From Nitrososphaerales archaeon (GTDB taxonomy: Archaea; Thermoproteota; Nitrososphaeria; Nitrososphaerales; Gagatemarchaeaceae), in contig JBEKFK010000001.1 in NCBI GenBank assembly GCA_050013375.1, positions 5,051 through 69,050 on the forward strand: DNA of 64,000 bases, in the 5' to 3' direction. Made by a program: the position numbers and the translations under genes. The notes beneath the pieces are model-generated. The model made no database searches, was not told where the DNA came from, and worked only from the letters and a program-made list of their open reading frames with translations. Shown here piece after piece: positions 52,988-62,835 of the stretch (position 1 is the first letter of the stretch; the number at the start of each line of letters is the position of its first letter).

Positions 52988-53347
52988 TCACTGGGTCCCG
53001 CTGGAGCGCAGAGACCACCGGATCGCCCATTCGCCGAGCTCCCCGAGGATCGCCTTAAGCTCGAGGCCCTTGGCGGTAAGAGTATACTCGACGCGGGGAG
53101 GGCTCTTCTCAGGATAGACTCGGCGCGCCACGACCCCCTGCTTCTCGAGCTCGCCCAGCCTCTCAGCGAGGCTGGTGGCGCTGATCCCCTCGATCCTGCG
53201 TTTCAATTCGTTGAACCTTGCCGGCTCCTGGAGCCCAAGGGCGTGGATGACAGGAAGCGTCCAGACCTTGGTCAGCTCGTTCCATGATGCGTGGATTACC
53301 TTGCAGGAGTCCAGGACCTCTTGGTTAATCGCGACAGACTTGCTCAA
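52988..53347 (-). CDS. HxlR-family winged-helix transcriptional regulator
   Basis: KVWTLPVIHALGLQEPARFNELKRRIEGISATSLAERLGELEKQGVVARRVYPEKSPPRVEYTLT. Confidence 0.85.
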   Translation of the reverse strand: MSKSVAINQEVLDSCKVIHASWNELTKVWTLPVIHALGLQEPARFNELKRRIEGISATSLAERLGELEKQGVVARRVYPEKSPPRVEYTLTAKGLELKAILGELGEWAIRWSLRSSGTQ

Positions 53348-53383
53348 GTCAGGATTACCTACTTAGCCTCATGCAACTACTAC

Positions 53384-53394
53384 ATATATAAATA
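53384..53394 (+). promoter_or_regulatory. TATA-like box ATATATAAATA
   Basis: It lies ~25 nt upstream of the ATG at 53415, in the divergent spacer shared with the HxlR gene. Confidence 0.4.
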
Positions 53395-53414
53395 CGACTG
53401 AGACCAATTTTCCC

Positions 53415-54035
53415 ATGAACCAGATGCGCGGACCCCAGAGAGAAAACGTGCACGACCTGGATATCGGCCCCAGGGACATGGAGGTCCTGCGCTTCATAGG
53501 CGAAGAGGCACTGCTCGGGTTCACCTTCGAGGGGCTGAAGAGGAGGCTCGGCGCCCACTCGGAGACGCTCTCGAGGATTCTCGACAGGCTCGAGGAACAG
53601 AGGATACTCGAGAAGACGGCGCAGGGATACCAGGTGACGGAGAGGGGGAGGGAAGTAACCAGCCTGCGCCAGCTCGCGGCCTCGGAACCGAGGCTCACGC
53701 TGCTCAGGACGCTTCTCCCGCACGTTGACAATCCCCGCGACGCGGTCTCCAACCTGAGGGGCAGGTGGTTCGGGCCGCTCCGGTGGCTCGGGTACTCCGA
53801 GGACGAGAAGGGAACCATCATGAAGTGGATAACCGAGGACGGGAGCATCCAGGTCGACGCGATCTTCTCGAGGGGAGAGCTCACCATAGAAGGCCGCATC
53901 AAGGAAGGGAAGGATCTCACGGACGCGATAAAGGCATCCCACCAGCTCATGGGCTACATATCGAAGGTCTATCCGTCCTCACCGAACGAGCGGGTCGCCT
54001 ACTACGCCGCCGGCCCCTTCCAGCTCCAGAACTAG
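53415..54035 (+). CDS. winged-helix (MarR/ArsR-like) protein with uncharacterised C-terminal domain
   Basis: FTFEGLKRRLGAHSETLSRILDRLEEQRILEKTAQGYQVTERG. The stop lies 1 nt before the next gene. Confidence 0.65.
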   Translation: MNQMRGPQRENVHDLDIGPRDMEVLRFIGEEALLGFTFEGLKRRLGAHSETLSRILDRLEEQRILEKTAQGYQVTERGREVTSLRQLAASEPRLTLLRTLLPHVDNPRDAVSNLRGRWFGPLRWLGYSEDEKGTIMKWITEDGSIQVDAIFSRGELTIEGRIKEGKDLTDAIKASHQLMGYISKVYPSSPNERVAYYAAGPFQLQN

Positions 54036-54036
54036 T

Positions 54037-55026
54037 GTGACCGGGTTCAGGCAATCCCAGTCAACAAGTACACCACTGTTCTCTGTATCTTCAGTGACTC
54101 AAAACATGAGCAGTACAAGTTCGGTCGGAATACTAGAGACGTTCTCAAGCGCCGTCGAAAACGTCGCTGAGACCGTCAGCCCTTCTGTCGTGAGCGTCAG
54201 CTCCGACGGAAGAAACGGAACGGGGGTCGTCTGGGACGACCAGGGGCACGTCGTCACGGCGTACCACGTGGTCCAGGGCCTAGACGAAGTGGAGGTCGGC
54301 TCGAACGGCGGCGAGACGTTCACGGCGAAGGTCATCGGCCGGGACAGCACCTCGGACATCGCCCTGCTGAAGGTGGAGGCAAAGCTCTCCCCCATAGCCA
54401 AGGGAGACTCGGACTCGCTCAGGGTCGGCCAGTTCGTCATGGCAATGGCGAACCCCTACGCGACGAAGGCAAGCGCCACCTCAGGGATGATCACCAGCGT
54501 GAAGCGCAGCATCGGCGGCTGGTGGGGCGCAGGCATCGAGGACGCGGTCGTCACCGACGCCAGGCTGAACCCCGGATACTCGGGCGGGCCGCTCGTGGAC
54601 GCCTCCGGAAGGATGGTCGCCCTGAACATCGCCTACATGTCGTCGAGGGGCATCGCAGTCCCGATCAAGAAGGTCTCGGCGACGGTCGAGAAGCTCGCCT
54701 CTGGCAAGGCGGTCGGACGCGCCTACCTCGGAATAGTCTCCCACCCGATCCCAATCCCAGAGGAAGTGGCCAAGGCCACAGGGATCGACCAGGAGTCCGG
54801 ACTGATCGTCCTCTCGGTCGAGGACGGGAGCGCCGCCAAGGCCGGCGGGCTCTCGTTTGGCGACGTGGTGCTCGGGCTGGATGGAAACCCGACCGCCGGG
54901 TTCCACGACCTGAGAAGGTTCCTCACGGACGAGAAGGTCGGGAAGCCCCTCAAGGTCAAGGTCCTCCGCGGAGGAAGGGTCGAGGAGCTCTCGGTCACCC
55001 CGGGCTCGGCCCCGGAGAGCGAGTGA
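54037..55026 (+). CDS. HtrA-family serine protease + PDZ, no signal/anchor
   Basis: Triad TAYHVV / SDIALLKV / GYSGGPL, plus a C-terminal PDZ-like region. Start is the GTG at 54037 or the ATG at 54106. Confidence 0.85.
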   Translation: MTGFRQSQSTSTPLFSVSSVTQNMSSTSSVGILETFSSAVENVAETVSPSVVSVSSDGRNGTGVVWDDQGHVVTAYHVVQGLDEVEVGSNGGETFTAKVIGRDSTSDIALLKVEAKLSPIAKGDSDSLRVGQFVMAMANPYATKASATSGMITSVKRSIGGWWGAGIEDAVVTDARLNPGYSGGPLVDASGRMVALNIAYMSSRGIAVPIKKVSATVEKLASGKAVGRAYLGIVSHPIPIPEEVAKATGIDQESGLIVLSVEDGSAAKAGGLSFGDVVLGLDGNPTAGFHDLRRFLTDEKVGKPLKVKVLRGGRVEELSVTPGSAPESE

Positions 55027-55106
55027 GATGATGGATCCAAGGGGCCCGGCCCCCGGTCCGTCGATCCCGGAACCAGGACCGCCCGTGCGGCCCCCGTGGT
55101 GAGAAC

Positions 55107-56069
55107 ATGCCACTGACAGGTCTCGAGAGCCAGGTCACGGGCGCGATCGAGAAGCTCAGCGAGAGCGTCGTCGGGATCGACAGCACGAAGCTCACCCGAG
55201 ACTACAGGTACGGGCTCGTGCCCATCGAGGGGCAGGGGTCCGGAGTCATCATAGACCCGGGCGGCACGATCGTCACCAACCACCACGTGATTGACGACGC
55301 CTCCAAGGTCCAGGTCCACCTGAAGGACGGAAGGACCCTGGTGGGCGAGGTGATCGGCTCCGACGAGGCCACAGACATCGCCCTCGTCAGGGTGAAGGCA
55401 GAGAACCTGCCCTCAGCGGCGCTGGGAGACTCCGAGTCTCTCAAGGTGGGCCAGTTCGTGCTCGCCATAGGGAACGCCCTGGGACTCCCAGGAGCGCCGA
55501 CGGTCTCCATGGGGGTCATAAGCGCGCTCGGGCGTCCCCTTCCCGGGACCGACTTCGTGCTCGAAGGCCTGGTGCAGACCGACGCCGCCATCAACCCCGG
55601 CAACAGCGGAGGGCCGCTGGCCGACCTCGACGGCAGGGTCATCGGCATCAACACAGCGATGATACCGTTCGCCCAGGGAGTCGGGTTCGCGATCCCCTCC
55701 GACACGATCAAGAGGATCATCGAGCAGATATCGAAGAACGGCAGAGTCGTGAGACCCTGGCTCGGCATCTCCGGGCTCGACGTCAACCCCTCGATCGCCC
55801 GGCGCTACGGGCTCTCGGTGGAGTCTGGGGTCCTTCTGGCGGAGGTCATGAGGGACAGCCCTGCCCACGCCGCGGGGCTGCGCGAGGGAGACATCGTGGT
55901 GGGCATAGGAGAGACAAAGGTCGAGCAGATGAAGGGACTAGTCACCGCACTCTCCAAGTCCACCATAGGCGACCGGGTGACCGTGAGCTTCGTCAGGACG
56001 GGTACGACCTACGAAGCGGACATCCGGCTGGCCGAGACGCCGACACCGCTCCTGACCAGACGAAGGTGA
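55107..56069 (+). CDS. HtrA/DegP-family serine protease + PDZ, no signal/anchor
   Basis: Triad TNHHVI / TDIALVRV / GNSGGPL, plus a PDZ region (GVLLAEVMRDSPAHAAGLREGD). Confidence 0.9.
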   Translation: MPLTGLESQVTGAIEKLSESVVGIDSTKLTRDYRYGLVPIEGQGSGVIIDPGGTIVTNHHVIDDASKVQVHLKDGRTLVGEVIGSDEATDIALVRVKAENLPSAALGDSESLKVGQFVLAIGNALGLPGAPTVSMGVISALGRPLPGTDFVLEGLVQTDAAINPGNSGGPLADLDGRVIGINTAMIPFAQGVGFAIPSDTIKRIIEQISKNGRVVRPWLGISGLDVNPSIARRYGLSVESGVLLAEVMRDSPAHAAGLREGDIVVGIGETKVEQMKGLVTALSKSTIGDRVTVSFVRTGTTYEADIRLAETPTPLLTRRR

Positions 56070-56123
56070 GACCCTCCGGGGTTTCACCACCCTCTGCCTC
56101 TCCTCCTTGATCGCGATTCCACT

Positions 56124-56345
56124 CTAGGTCTTCGAGGCCCGCTGTCTCCTGGACAGGTAGAGCCCTCCTCCCAGGGCGAGGAGCCCGACCGCCATCACAG
56201 CGACCCCCTGGTAGATCCAGGTAGGGTTGTTGAACATGAAGGATGAGTCCGGGCCCACGATCCCCATCCCCTGGAGGACGAAGACGAACCCGGCGAGCAC
56301 CAAGAGGACCCCGACGAGGGCAAGGAGCACCGGGACGGGCCTCAA
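56124..56345 (-). CDS. small two-TM membrane protein
   Basis: 73 aa: PVLLALVGVLLVLAGFVFVL and VAVMAVGLLALGGGLYL. Confidence 0.5.
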   Translation of the reverse strand: MRPVPVLLALVGVLLVLAGFVFVLQGMGIVGPDSSFMFNNPTWIYQGVAVMAVGLLALGGGLYLSRRQRASKT

Positions 56346-56372
56346 CGGCCCAATAGTTTCCCCGCAGGTGAT

Positions 56373-57527
56373 TTAGCCTTTCTCAAGGATGGCCCCGTAG
56401 TTCTTTGCGAACTCGGCGCCGGTGAGGGGGGGTATGCGCCCTATCCTGACGTTCTCACGCACGTGCTCCGGGTCCTTCTGCCCGACCAGCGGAGCGACCA
56501 CGGCGGGGTGCGCCGACCTCGCGAACTGGAGCAGCGAGAGAGCCTTCGAGCCGTCGAGCTCGGGGACCCGCGTGTGCTTCAGCATCCTGCCCTCCCCGAG
56601 GGGCGCGCTGGTGAAGACTCCCAGCCCGAGCTTCTCCGCCGCCTCGAACGCGGTGAGGGGCTCGTCGGCTATCCTCTGGCTCTTGGCCGAGAGCGCCTCG
56701 CTCATTCCGGGGTTGAAGGGCAGCTCGATGAACCTGAGGCCGTGGTCGTCCCCTCCGGCGTTCTTCGCGACCTCTACGAGGTCGTCCAGGCTGGCGTACG
56801 CCGGGTCTCCCCTGGGGACCCTGAAGCATGTCCAGGACGCGATGCCGTAGTATCTCATCCTCCCCTCGGCCCTCTCCTTCTCATAGAGCGCGAAGACGTC
56901 GGCCACGCGCTCCAGGAACCTCCTGTACCCAATCTCTGGTATCCAGGACTCGGCCGCGTTGTGCAGGTACACGAGGTCGAGGCACTCAAGTCCGAGGTTC
57001 CTCCTGCTCCGGGCGAGCTGGTCGGCCAGGAACTTGGGGGCCATCGAGTGGACCTCGCCCGCTATCTCGTCGACCTTCAGTTTGCCTGGCCGGATGTACT
57101 CCTCCTGGACGTACTTCCAAAAGTCCTTCGTGAGGTCGCCGTCCGAGCTCAGGTAGCCATTCTTCGTCGCTATGAAGAGCCCCTCCCTCTTGACCGAGCC
57201 TTCTGCTGAGAGTCGCTCGAGCGCCCGTCCGACGGAGCGCTCGCCCTTCTGCATCCTGTAGTTTATCGCCGTGTCGATGACGTTGACCGCCCCCGAGAGC
57301 ACCGATTCTCGGACGGCCTCCTCCACCAGCCCGTCGGTGATCGAGTCCGTGTCGCCGAGATAGGTGCCCACGCCCAGCGAGGAGAGCGACAACGAATGGA
57401 CTGACCGGAAGTGACCGGGGTCGATCCCGTTCTTCACCGCAACCTCCCGGTACCTGAGCGTCCCCTCGTCGGTCGCGAACCCGGATAGCAAGCTCACCTT
57501 CCCCCCACCTATTTTGGGGCTTATCAA
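56373..57527 (-). CDS. aldo/keto reductase
   Basis: 384 aa. LGVGTYLG, VIDTAINYR and LVYLHN fit the AKR pattern, with a long N-terminal lead. Confidence 0.85.
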   Translation of the reverse strand: MISPKIGGGKVSLLSGFATDEGTLRYREVAVKNGIDPGHFRSVHSLSLSSLGVGTYLGDTDSITDGLVEEAVRESVLSGAVNVIDTAINYRMQKGERSVGRALERLSAEGSVKREGLFIATKNGYLSSDGDLTKDFWKYVQEEYIRPGKLKVDEIAGEVHSMAPKFLADQLARSRRNLGLECLDLVYLHNAAESWIPEIGYRRFLERVADVFALYEKERAEGRMRYYGIASWTCFRVPRGDPAYASLDDLVEVAKNAGGDDHGLRFIELPFNPGMSEALSAKSQRIADEPLTAFEAAEKLGLGVFTSAPLGEGRMLKHTRVPELDGSKALSLLQFARSAHPAVVAPLVGQKDPEHVRENVRIGRIPPLTGAEFAKNYGAILEKG

Positions 57528-57582
57528 TTAGGGGTTGCAGGATTTCAGATTAAATACGCCGCCATAGGTACGGTGCGGTCTC

Positions 57583-58755
57583 TTGAAGACGAGCTCGACG
57601 CGGAGGTTCGGTTCGCGGAGGCTGGGACTCTTCGCCGACTCGGCGATAAGGGACATGTCTATCCTGGCGGCGAAGGTGGGTGCGGTGAACCTCGCCCAGG
57701 GTTCGCCCGACTTCCCAGCCCCACTCTCGGTCAAACGAGCCGCGGCCGCGGCGATAAGGGGCGACCACAACCAGTACGAGATGACCATGGGGTCGCAGGA
57801 GCTCAGGGAGGCGGTTGCCGCGAAGGTGCGCAGTTTCAACGGCATACGCGCCGACGCGGACGACGGGGTGACGATAACGTGCGGCTCCACGGAGGCCATC
57901 ACCGCCGCCATGATGGCGTTCACGGACCCGGGCGACCGGGTGATAGTCCCCGAGCCCTTCTACGAGAGCTACCTCCCGGCGACCATACTCTCGGGGGCGA
58001 CTGCGATCCACTTCAGGTCCCGAGAACCAGGCTACGTCCTGGCGGAGGAGGACATGAAGGTCGCCTTCAGCCAGAAGCCGAAGGCCATCCTGCTCAACAC
58101 GCCGAACAACCCAACGGGGAGGGTCCTCTCGAGGAAGGAGCTGGGGGTCGTCGCCGACCTGTGCGAGGACTACGACGTCCTGGCGATCACCGACGAGATC
58201 TACGAGCACATCGTGTACGATGGGCACCGCCACGTGAGCCTCGCCACGATCGGCAACATGCACGAGAGGACGGTCACGATCTCCGGCCTCTCGAAGACGT
58301 TCAGCATAACGGGCTGGCGGATCGGCTACGCTGTCGCCGAGAAGAATCTGACCACCGCGCTCAGGACCGTTCACGACTACCTGACGGTCTGTGCGGCCAC
58401 TCCCCTCCAGCGCGCCGCAGTCTCCGCACTGGCCCTCCCGGAGTCATACTACCGCGACCTGGCGGCCACCTACGACAAGAAGCGGCTCTACATGCTAAAG
58501 TCGCTCCAGGAGCTCGGGTTCTCCTGCTCGAGGCCCGAGGGCGCCTACTACATACTCGCCGACTTCGGCGGCATAAGCAAGCTCGACGACTTTGCCTTCG
58601 CGCACCATCTTGCGCGGGAGGTCGGTGTTGCCGTGGTCCCTGCCTCGAGCTTCTATACGAACAGGCAGGCGGGCAGGACCAAGGTGCGCTTCACCTTCAC
58701 GAAGAAGGACGCGACCCTGAAGGAGGCCGTCGAGCGGATGCGGAAGGGCCTCTAG
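57583..58755 (+). CDS. class I/II PLP-dependent aminotransferase (Asp/kynurenine/Met aminotransferase-like)
   Basis: NLAQGSPDFPAP, NTPNNPTG and SGLSKTFSITGWRIGY (Lys). Confidence 0.9.
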   Translation: MKTSSTRRFGSRRLGLFADSAIRDMSILAAKVGAVNLAQGSPDFPAPLSVKRAAAAAIRGDHNQYEMTMGSQELREAVAAKVRSFNGIRADADDGVTITCGSTEAITAAMMAFTDPGDRVIVPEPFYESYLPATILSGATAIHFRSREPGYVLAEEDMKVAFSQKPKAILLNTPNNPTGRVLSRKELGVVADLCEDYDVLAITDEIYEHIVYDGHRHVSLATIGNMHERTVTISGLSKTFSITGWRIGYAVAEKNLTTALRTVHDYLTVCAATPLQRAAVSALALPESYYRDLAATYDKKRLYMLKSLQELGFSCSRPEGAYYILADFGGISKLDDFAFAHHLAREVGVAVVPASSFYTNRQAGRTKVRFTFTKKDATLKEAVERMRKGL

Positions 58756-58800
58756 GCTCCTGGGATTCTCAGACCCAGCCGCGCCGAAGCGGCGCCTGGA

Positions 58801-60189
58801 CTAGGCCGCCTCGACGTACTTTCCGGGATTCATGATCCCGTCCGGGTCGAAGACCTTCTTGACCTCCTTCATCAGCCTGAGCGCCTCTTCGCCTTCGTGG
58901 GCGAGGAACTGCTCGCGGAGGAACCTGATCTTCTGCACCCCCACTCCGTGCTCCGCCGACACTGAGCCTCCCAGCGCGATCGCCTTCCTGCAGAGCTCCT
59001 CGTAGGCGAGGTTCGCCGCGGCCCTGCTCCCCTCATCCGCCTTTTCGTAGAGTATGGTCGGGTGGACGTTGCCGTCCCCGGCGTGACCGTTTACGGGGAT
59101 CTTGAGACCGTGCCTCGCGGCGACCTCCTTGACGAACCGCAGGTACTCTCCCAGCGCGTCGATAGGCACCGCCACGTCCTCGACCTGTACGCCCGAGGCC
59201 AGGGTCTTCACCGCAAGATAGGCCATCGCCCTGGCCTGGTAGAATGACTCGGCCTCTTCTTCGTCCTTCGCCAGCGTTATCTTGTTCGCGCCGCAGTCCC
59301 TGAAGATGGCGGTGGCTGGCTCCAGCTCCCCCTCCTCGACGTCGACCAGGAGGGTGGCCTCGGCCTCCTCGAGGCTCATCCCGAGCTTCTGGTTGAGTGC
59401 CTGGACGTTGTCCCGGTCCAGAAACTCGAAGAGGTATGGGAGTATCTTCGAGGACCTGAGCCTCCGTATCACCTCGCCCGTCGACTCCCAGTCGCCGAAG
59501 GTCACTAGGAACCGCCTGGTCTTGACCGTGGGGAGCGGGATTATCTTGAGGCAGGCCTCTGTGATGACTCCGAGCGTCCCCTCGCTGCCGACGAACAGGT
59601 GGACCAGGTCGTACCCGGCCCTGTTCTTCGCGAGCGGCTCGCCGAAGCGGCTCACCTTCCCGTCCGCTAGGACGACCCGGAGGGACATGACCCAGTCCTT
59701 CATCGTTCCGTACCTCACGCAGGTGAGGCCCCCCGAGCCTTCGGCTATGGCGCCGCCCACCGTGCAGATGTAGCTGCTCGCGGGGTCCGGCGGAAAGAAG
59801 AATCCCGATGCCCTCAGCTCTGTGTTGAGGTCCTCGAGCGAGATTCCAGGCTGCACCTGGACGTACCAGTTCACGGTGTCCACCTTGATGACTTTGGCCA
59901 TGGCCCGCATGTCGAGCACGATGGAGCCCTCCAGGACCGCGGCGCCTGTCAGGCTGCTGCCCGCCCCCCTCGCCAGGATCGGAAGCCTGGCCTCGTGCGC
60001 GAGCCCGACTATGCCCGCGACCTCCTGCTCCGACCGGGGCCTCACGACTACGGCAGGCGTGCCTTCGTAGTCGGCCATGTCGTGGCTGTAGTCCTCGAGA
60101 GCCGGACCTGCGGACATCACGTTCTCCCTGCCGCTTATCTCAACAAGGCGCTGGAGCAGATGGCCGTCGATCCCCGTTTGCATGCCCAC
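58801..60189 (-). CDS. FAD-linked oxidase (GlcD / D-lactate dehydrogenase family)
   Basis: PCMH-type FAD domain ARGAGSSLTGAAV, plus a C-terminal SAEHGVG...K and FDP.GIMNPGK. Confidence 0.9.
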   Translation of the reverse strand: MGMQTGIDGHLLQRLVEISGRENVMSAGPALEDYSHDMADYEGTPAVVVRPRSEQEVAGIVGLAHEARLPILARGAGSSLTGAAVLEGSIVLDMRAMAKVIKVDTVNWYVQVQPGISLEDLNTELRASGFFFPPDPASSYICTVGGAIAEGSGGLTCVRYGTMKDWVMSLRVVLADGKVSRFGEPLAKNRAGYDLVHLFVGSEGTLGVITEACLKIIPLPTVKTRRFLVTFGDWESTGEVIRRLRSSKILPYLFEFLDRDNVQALNQKLGMSLEEAEATLLVDVEEGELEPATAIFRDCGANKITLAKDEEEAESFYQARAMAYLAVKTLASGVQVEDVAVPIDALGEYLRFVKEVAARHGLKIPVNGHAGDGNVHPTILYEKADEGSRAAANLAYEELCRKAIALGGSVSAEHGVGVQKIRFLREQFLAHEGEEALRLMKEVKKVFDPDGIMNPGKYVEAA

Positions 60190-60234
60190 CCGGCCAGCCT
60201 TCGGTGATTAAAACTCAACCGATGTCGGATGAGG

Positions 60235-60324
60235 CGGGCCCGGCCGGATTTGAACCGGCGGCTTCCAGCTGTCTCCACAAGAGCATAGAAGGCTGGCACT
60301 CTATCCGTGCTGAGCTACGGGCCC
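60235..60324 (-). tRNA. tRNA-Arg (anticodon UCU) with 15-nt canonical-position intron (60271..60285)
   Basis: Folds by hand into a cloverleaf: acceptor GGGCCCG/CGGGCCC, D arm GCUC/GAGU, anticodon stem CCAGC/GCUGG, T arm GCCGG-UUCAAAU-CCGGC. The loop is CU-UCU-A, then the intron UGCUCUUGUGGAGAC, then A. The intron forms a BHB: a 4-bp helix CUUC/GGAG flanked by 3-nt bulges UA|U and AC|A. No encoded CCA. Confidence 0.9.
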
Positions 60325-60505
60325 TTGGTTTGGCGCCTGATTCCAATTCAACATAAGCGTTTGCAGGCCCTTCGTCCCTGCCTTTCGGAAGCAGGCCAGA
60401 GACATGCGTGTCCTAGCATCATCGACTCAACACGACCTGTATTCTTGCAAGATTACACGGGCCTTTCTGGTAGATTTGCACTTTCCACTAATCTTTTTAA
60501 TTTAC

Positions 60506-61897
60506 ATGAAACCGGCGACAGACGCATTGAAAGGACCCCAGGGCCGGCTGTTTGGAACAAACGGGGTGCGGTTCATCCCAGGCGTCAGCGCTGACCTCGA
60601 GTTCGTGATCAAGTTCTCCGAATGCGTAGGCACCTACTTCTCGGAGGGCGAGATTCTGGTCGGGAGGGACGGCAGGCTCTCCGGCGAAGCGATTTCGCTG
60701 GCGCTGACCTCCGGGCTGATGAGCTCCGGCCGGGGCGTGGCCGAGGCGGGGCTCGTCCCGACGCCCGCCCTCCAGTTCGCGGTCAAGTCCCTCGGGTACC
60801 GGGGAGGGGTCATGGTCACGGCCTCTCACAACCCGGCGGAGTACAACGGGCTCAAGGTGATGGGCCAGGACGGAGTCGAGATAAACCGGCTGGACGAGCA
60901 GAAGGTCGAGAAGGTCTTCCGCGACGGCTCACTGAAGAGGGCGGACTGGAGGAGCGTCGGCACGTCAAGGTCCGAACCGTCCGTGGTCAGGACCTATCTG
61001 AACGGGATACTCTCGAAGGTCGACACGGGGCCGATCTCCGCGAGGAAGTTCTCGGTGGTCGTCGACCCCGGGAACGGCGCCCAGTGCCTCGCCGCCCCCT
61101 ACCTTCTCGACATGCTCGGATGCAAGGTCATAACGATAAACTCGATCCTCGACGGCCGCTTCCCCGGGAGGGGACCCGAGCCGACGCCCGACACCCTGGG
61201 AGACCTGGGCGCCGCCGTCCGTGCCGTGGGCGCTGACCTGGGGGTGGCCTACGACGGGGACGGGGACAGGGCCATCTTCTGCGATGAGAACGGGACCGTC
61301 TACTGGGGCGACCAGTCCTGCTCGCTGATAGCCGACTACCTCCTCGAAGGGACCCCCGACGCGACCATAGTAACCCCGATAAGCTCCTCGCAGGTCGTCG
61401 AGGCGATCGCCGCGAAGCGGAGGGCGAAGGTCATCCGCACCAGGGTCGGCAGCGTCGAGGTCTCCAGGACCATGATCGAGCGCGGGGCCTTCTTCGGGTT
61501 TGAGGAGAACGGAGGATGCATCTACCCGGCGCACATCGCGGTCAGGGACGGTGGGATGGCCACCGCCCTCATGCTCGAGTGCCTGGCGGCGCGCGGCCTC
61601 TCGTTCTCCAAGATCATGGCCAACACGCTCCCGAAGTTCTTCCAGGCGAAGACCAAGATCAGCGTCTCTCCTGAGAAGGTGAGGGAGATAATGAAGGCCG
61701 TCGAGAAGCAGGGAGGCCAGCGGCTGGAGAAGGTCGACGGCCTCAAGATATGGACCGACGAGAAGACCTGGGTCCTCGTCAGGCCGAGCGGGACCGAACC
61801 CATGATCAGGGTGTTCGCGGAGTCTGACACCGAGGAGAAGCTCGGCTCGGCCTTCCGAAAGTTCGTCAAGCTCGTGAAGTCCGAGTCGGCTAGCTGA
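60506..61897 (+). CDS. phosphohexomutase (archaeal phosphoglucosamine/phosphomannomutase family)
   Basis: GTNGVR, active-site TASHNPAEYNGLKV and metal loop DGDGDR. ATG at 60506 follows an AT-rich box; the upstream track extension looks non-coding. Confidence 0.9.
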   Translation: MKPATDALKGPQGRLFGTNGVRFIPGVSADLEFVIKFSECVGTYFSEGEILVGRDGRLSGEAISLALTSGLMSSGRGVAEAGLVPTPALQFAVKSLGYRGGVMVTASHNPAEYNGLKVMGQDGVEINRLDEQKVEKVFRDGSLKRADWRSVGTSRSEPSVVRTYLNGILSKVDTGPISARKFSVVVDPGNGAQCLAAPYLLDMLGCKVITINSILDGRFPGRGPEPTPDTLGDLGAAVRAVGADLGVAYDGDGDRAIFCDENGTVYWGDQSCSLIADYLLEGTPDATIVTPISSSQVVEAIAAKRRAKVIRTRVGSVEVSRTMIERGAFFGFEENGGCIYPAHIAVRDGGMATALMLECLAARGLSFSKIMANTLPKFFQAKTKISVSPEKVREIMKAVEKQGGQRLEKVDGLKIWTDEKTWVLVRPSGTEPMIRVFAESDTEEKLGSAFRKFVKLVKSESAS

Positions 61898-62834
61898 GCT
61901 GGATCCAGCCCCTCTTCTCCACAGGGCGACCGTCCGCCATGGCTATCTTCCTCCCGCCCGTCGTCTCTCCTATCACGATGAGCGCCGAACCTGAGGCCTT
62001 GGCTGCCGCTTCCGCCTCCCTGATCTCGTTCCTAGGTACCGTGCCCACTATCTCGTACTCCTCCCCCCCGTAGAGCACGAGTTCATCCACAGCGTAGTTG
62101 TTGTCCGAGGCGAACTTCTCGAGCTCGCGTGCGTAGGGTAGCCTGTCTATCCTGATCCCGACCTCGCTCGCCTCGGCTATCGTGTGCAGACAGATCGCCA
62201 GACCGTCGCTCGAGTCCATCCCTGCCGAGAGTAGGTCTCTGAGCGCGAGCCCTGTCCTGAGCCTGGGCGAGGGCCTGTAGACGTTCTTCAGCGCCTCCCT
62301 CCTGAACCCGGGCGCGGATCTGGCCCCTTTCAGGAGGATCTTCAGGCCGGCAGATGTGGTCCCGAACTCGCCGGTCACTACGACGAGTTCGCCTGGGCTC
62401 GCCCCTCCCCTCCCGACCACCCTGTCTGTGAATCCCGCCAGGATGCAGTCCACAATGACGTCGTCGGCCTCGTTCGTGTCCCCGCCCACCAGATGGAGGG
62501 ACCACTCTTCGATCCCGTCACGGAAGCCGGCGGCAAGGGCGCGGATACCCTTCTCACCGAGGCTGCGCGGCAGCCCCAGGGAGACCATCAGCGCCTGCGG
62601 CGAGACGCCCTTCGCGGCGAAGTCGCTCACGCACATGGCCACGGCCTTCCGGCCCGCCTGCCTCCAGGTCATGCCCGGGGGCACGTCAGTCCTCCCCACG
62701 AGCATGTCCGCCTTCAGGACGAGCCTGCCCGGCGAGCTCGGGAGGGTCGCGACGTCGTCGCCGATGGGAGAGTAACCGGCCGGGAGCCTCCCCGCCGTCC
62801 TCGTCAGGAGTTCTATGATGTCATACTCGTCCAT
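61890..62834 (-). CDS. thiL: thiamine-monophosphate kinase
   Basis: IGDDVATL, LKADMLV and the AIR-synthase-like fold motif GGDTN. Confidence 0.9.
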   Translation of the reverse strand: MDEYDIIELLTRTAGRLPAGYSPIGDDVATLPSSPGRLVLKADMLVGRTDVPPGMTWRQAGRKAVAMCVSDFAAKGVSPQALMVSLGLPRSLGEKGIRALAAGFRDGIEEWSLHLVGGDTNEADDVIVDCILAGFTDRVVGRGGASPGELVVVTGEFGTTSAGLKILLKGARSAPGFRREALKNVYRPSPRLRTGLALRDLLSAGMDSSDGLAICLHTIAEASEVGIRIDRLPYARELEKFASDNNYAVDELVLYGGEEYEIVGTVPRNEIREAEAAAKASGSALIVIGETTGGRKIAMADGRPVEKRGWIQLS

Positions 62835-62835
62835 T

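Noticed and set aside
54263-54272. Palindrome ACCACGTGGT sharing the CACGTG core with the parS-like site.
   Set aside because: It lies inside the HtrA coding sequence, where it encodes the conserved YHVV catalytic-His motif. It is only 10 bp, and its flanks differ from the 23522 site.
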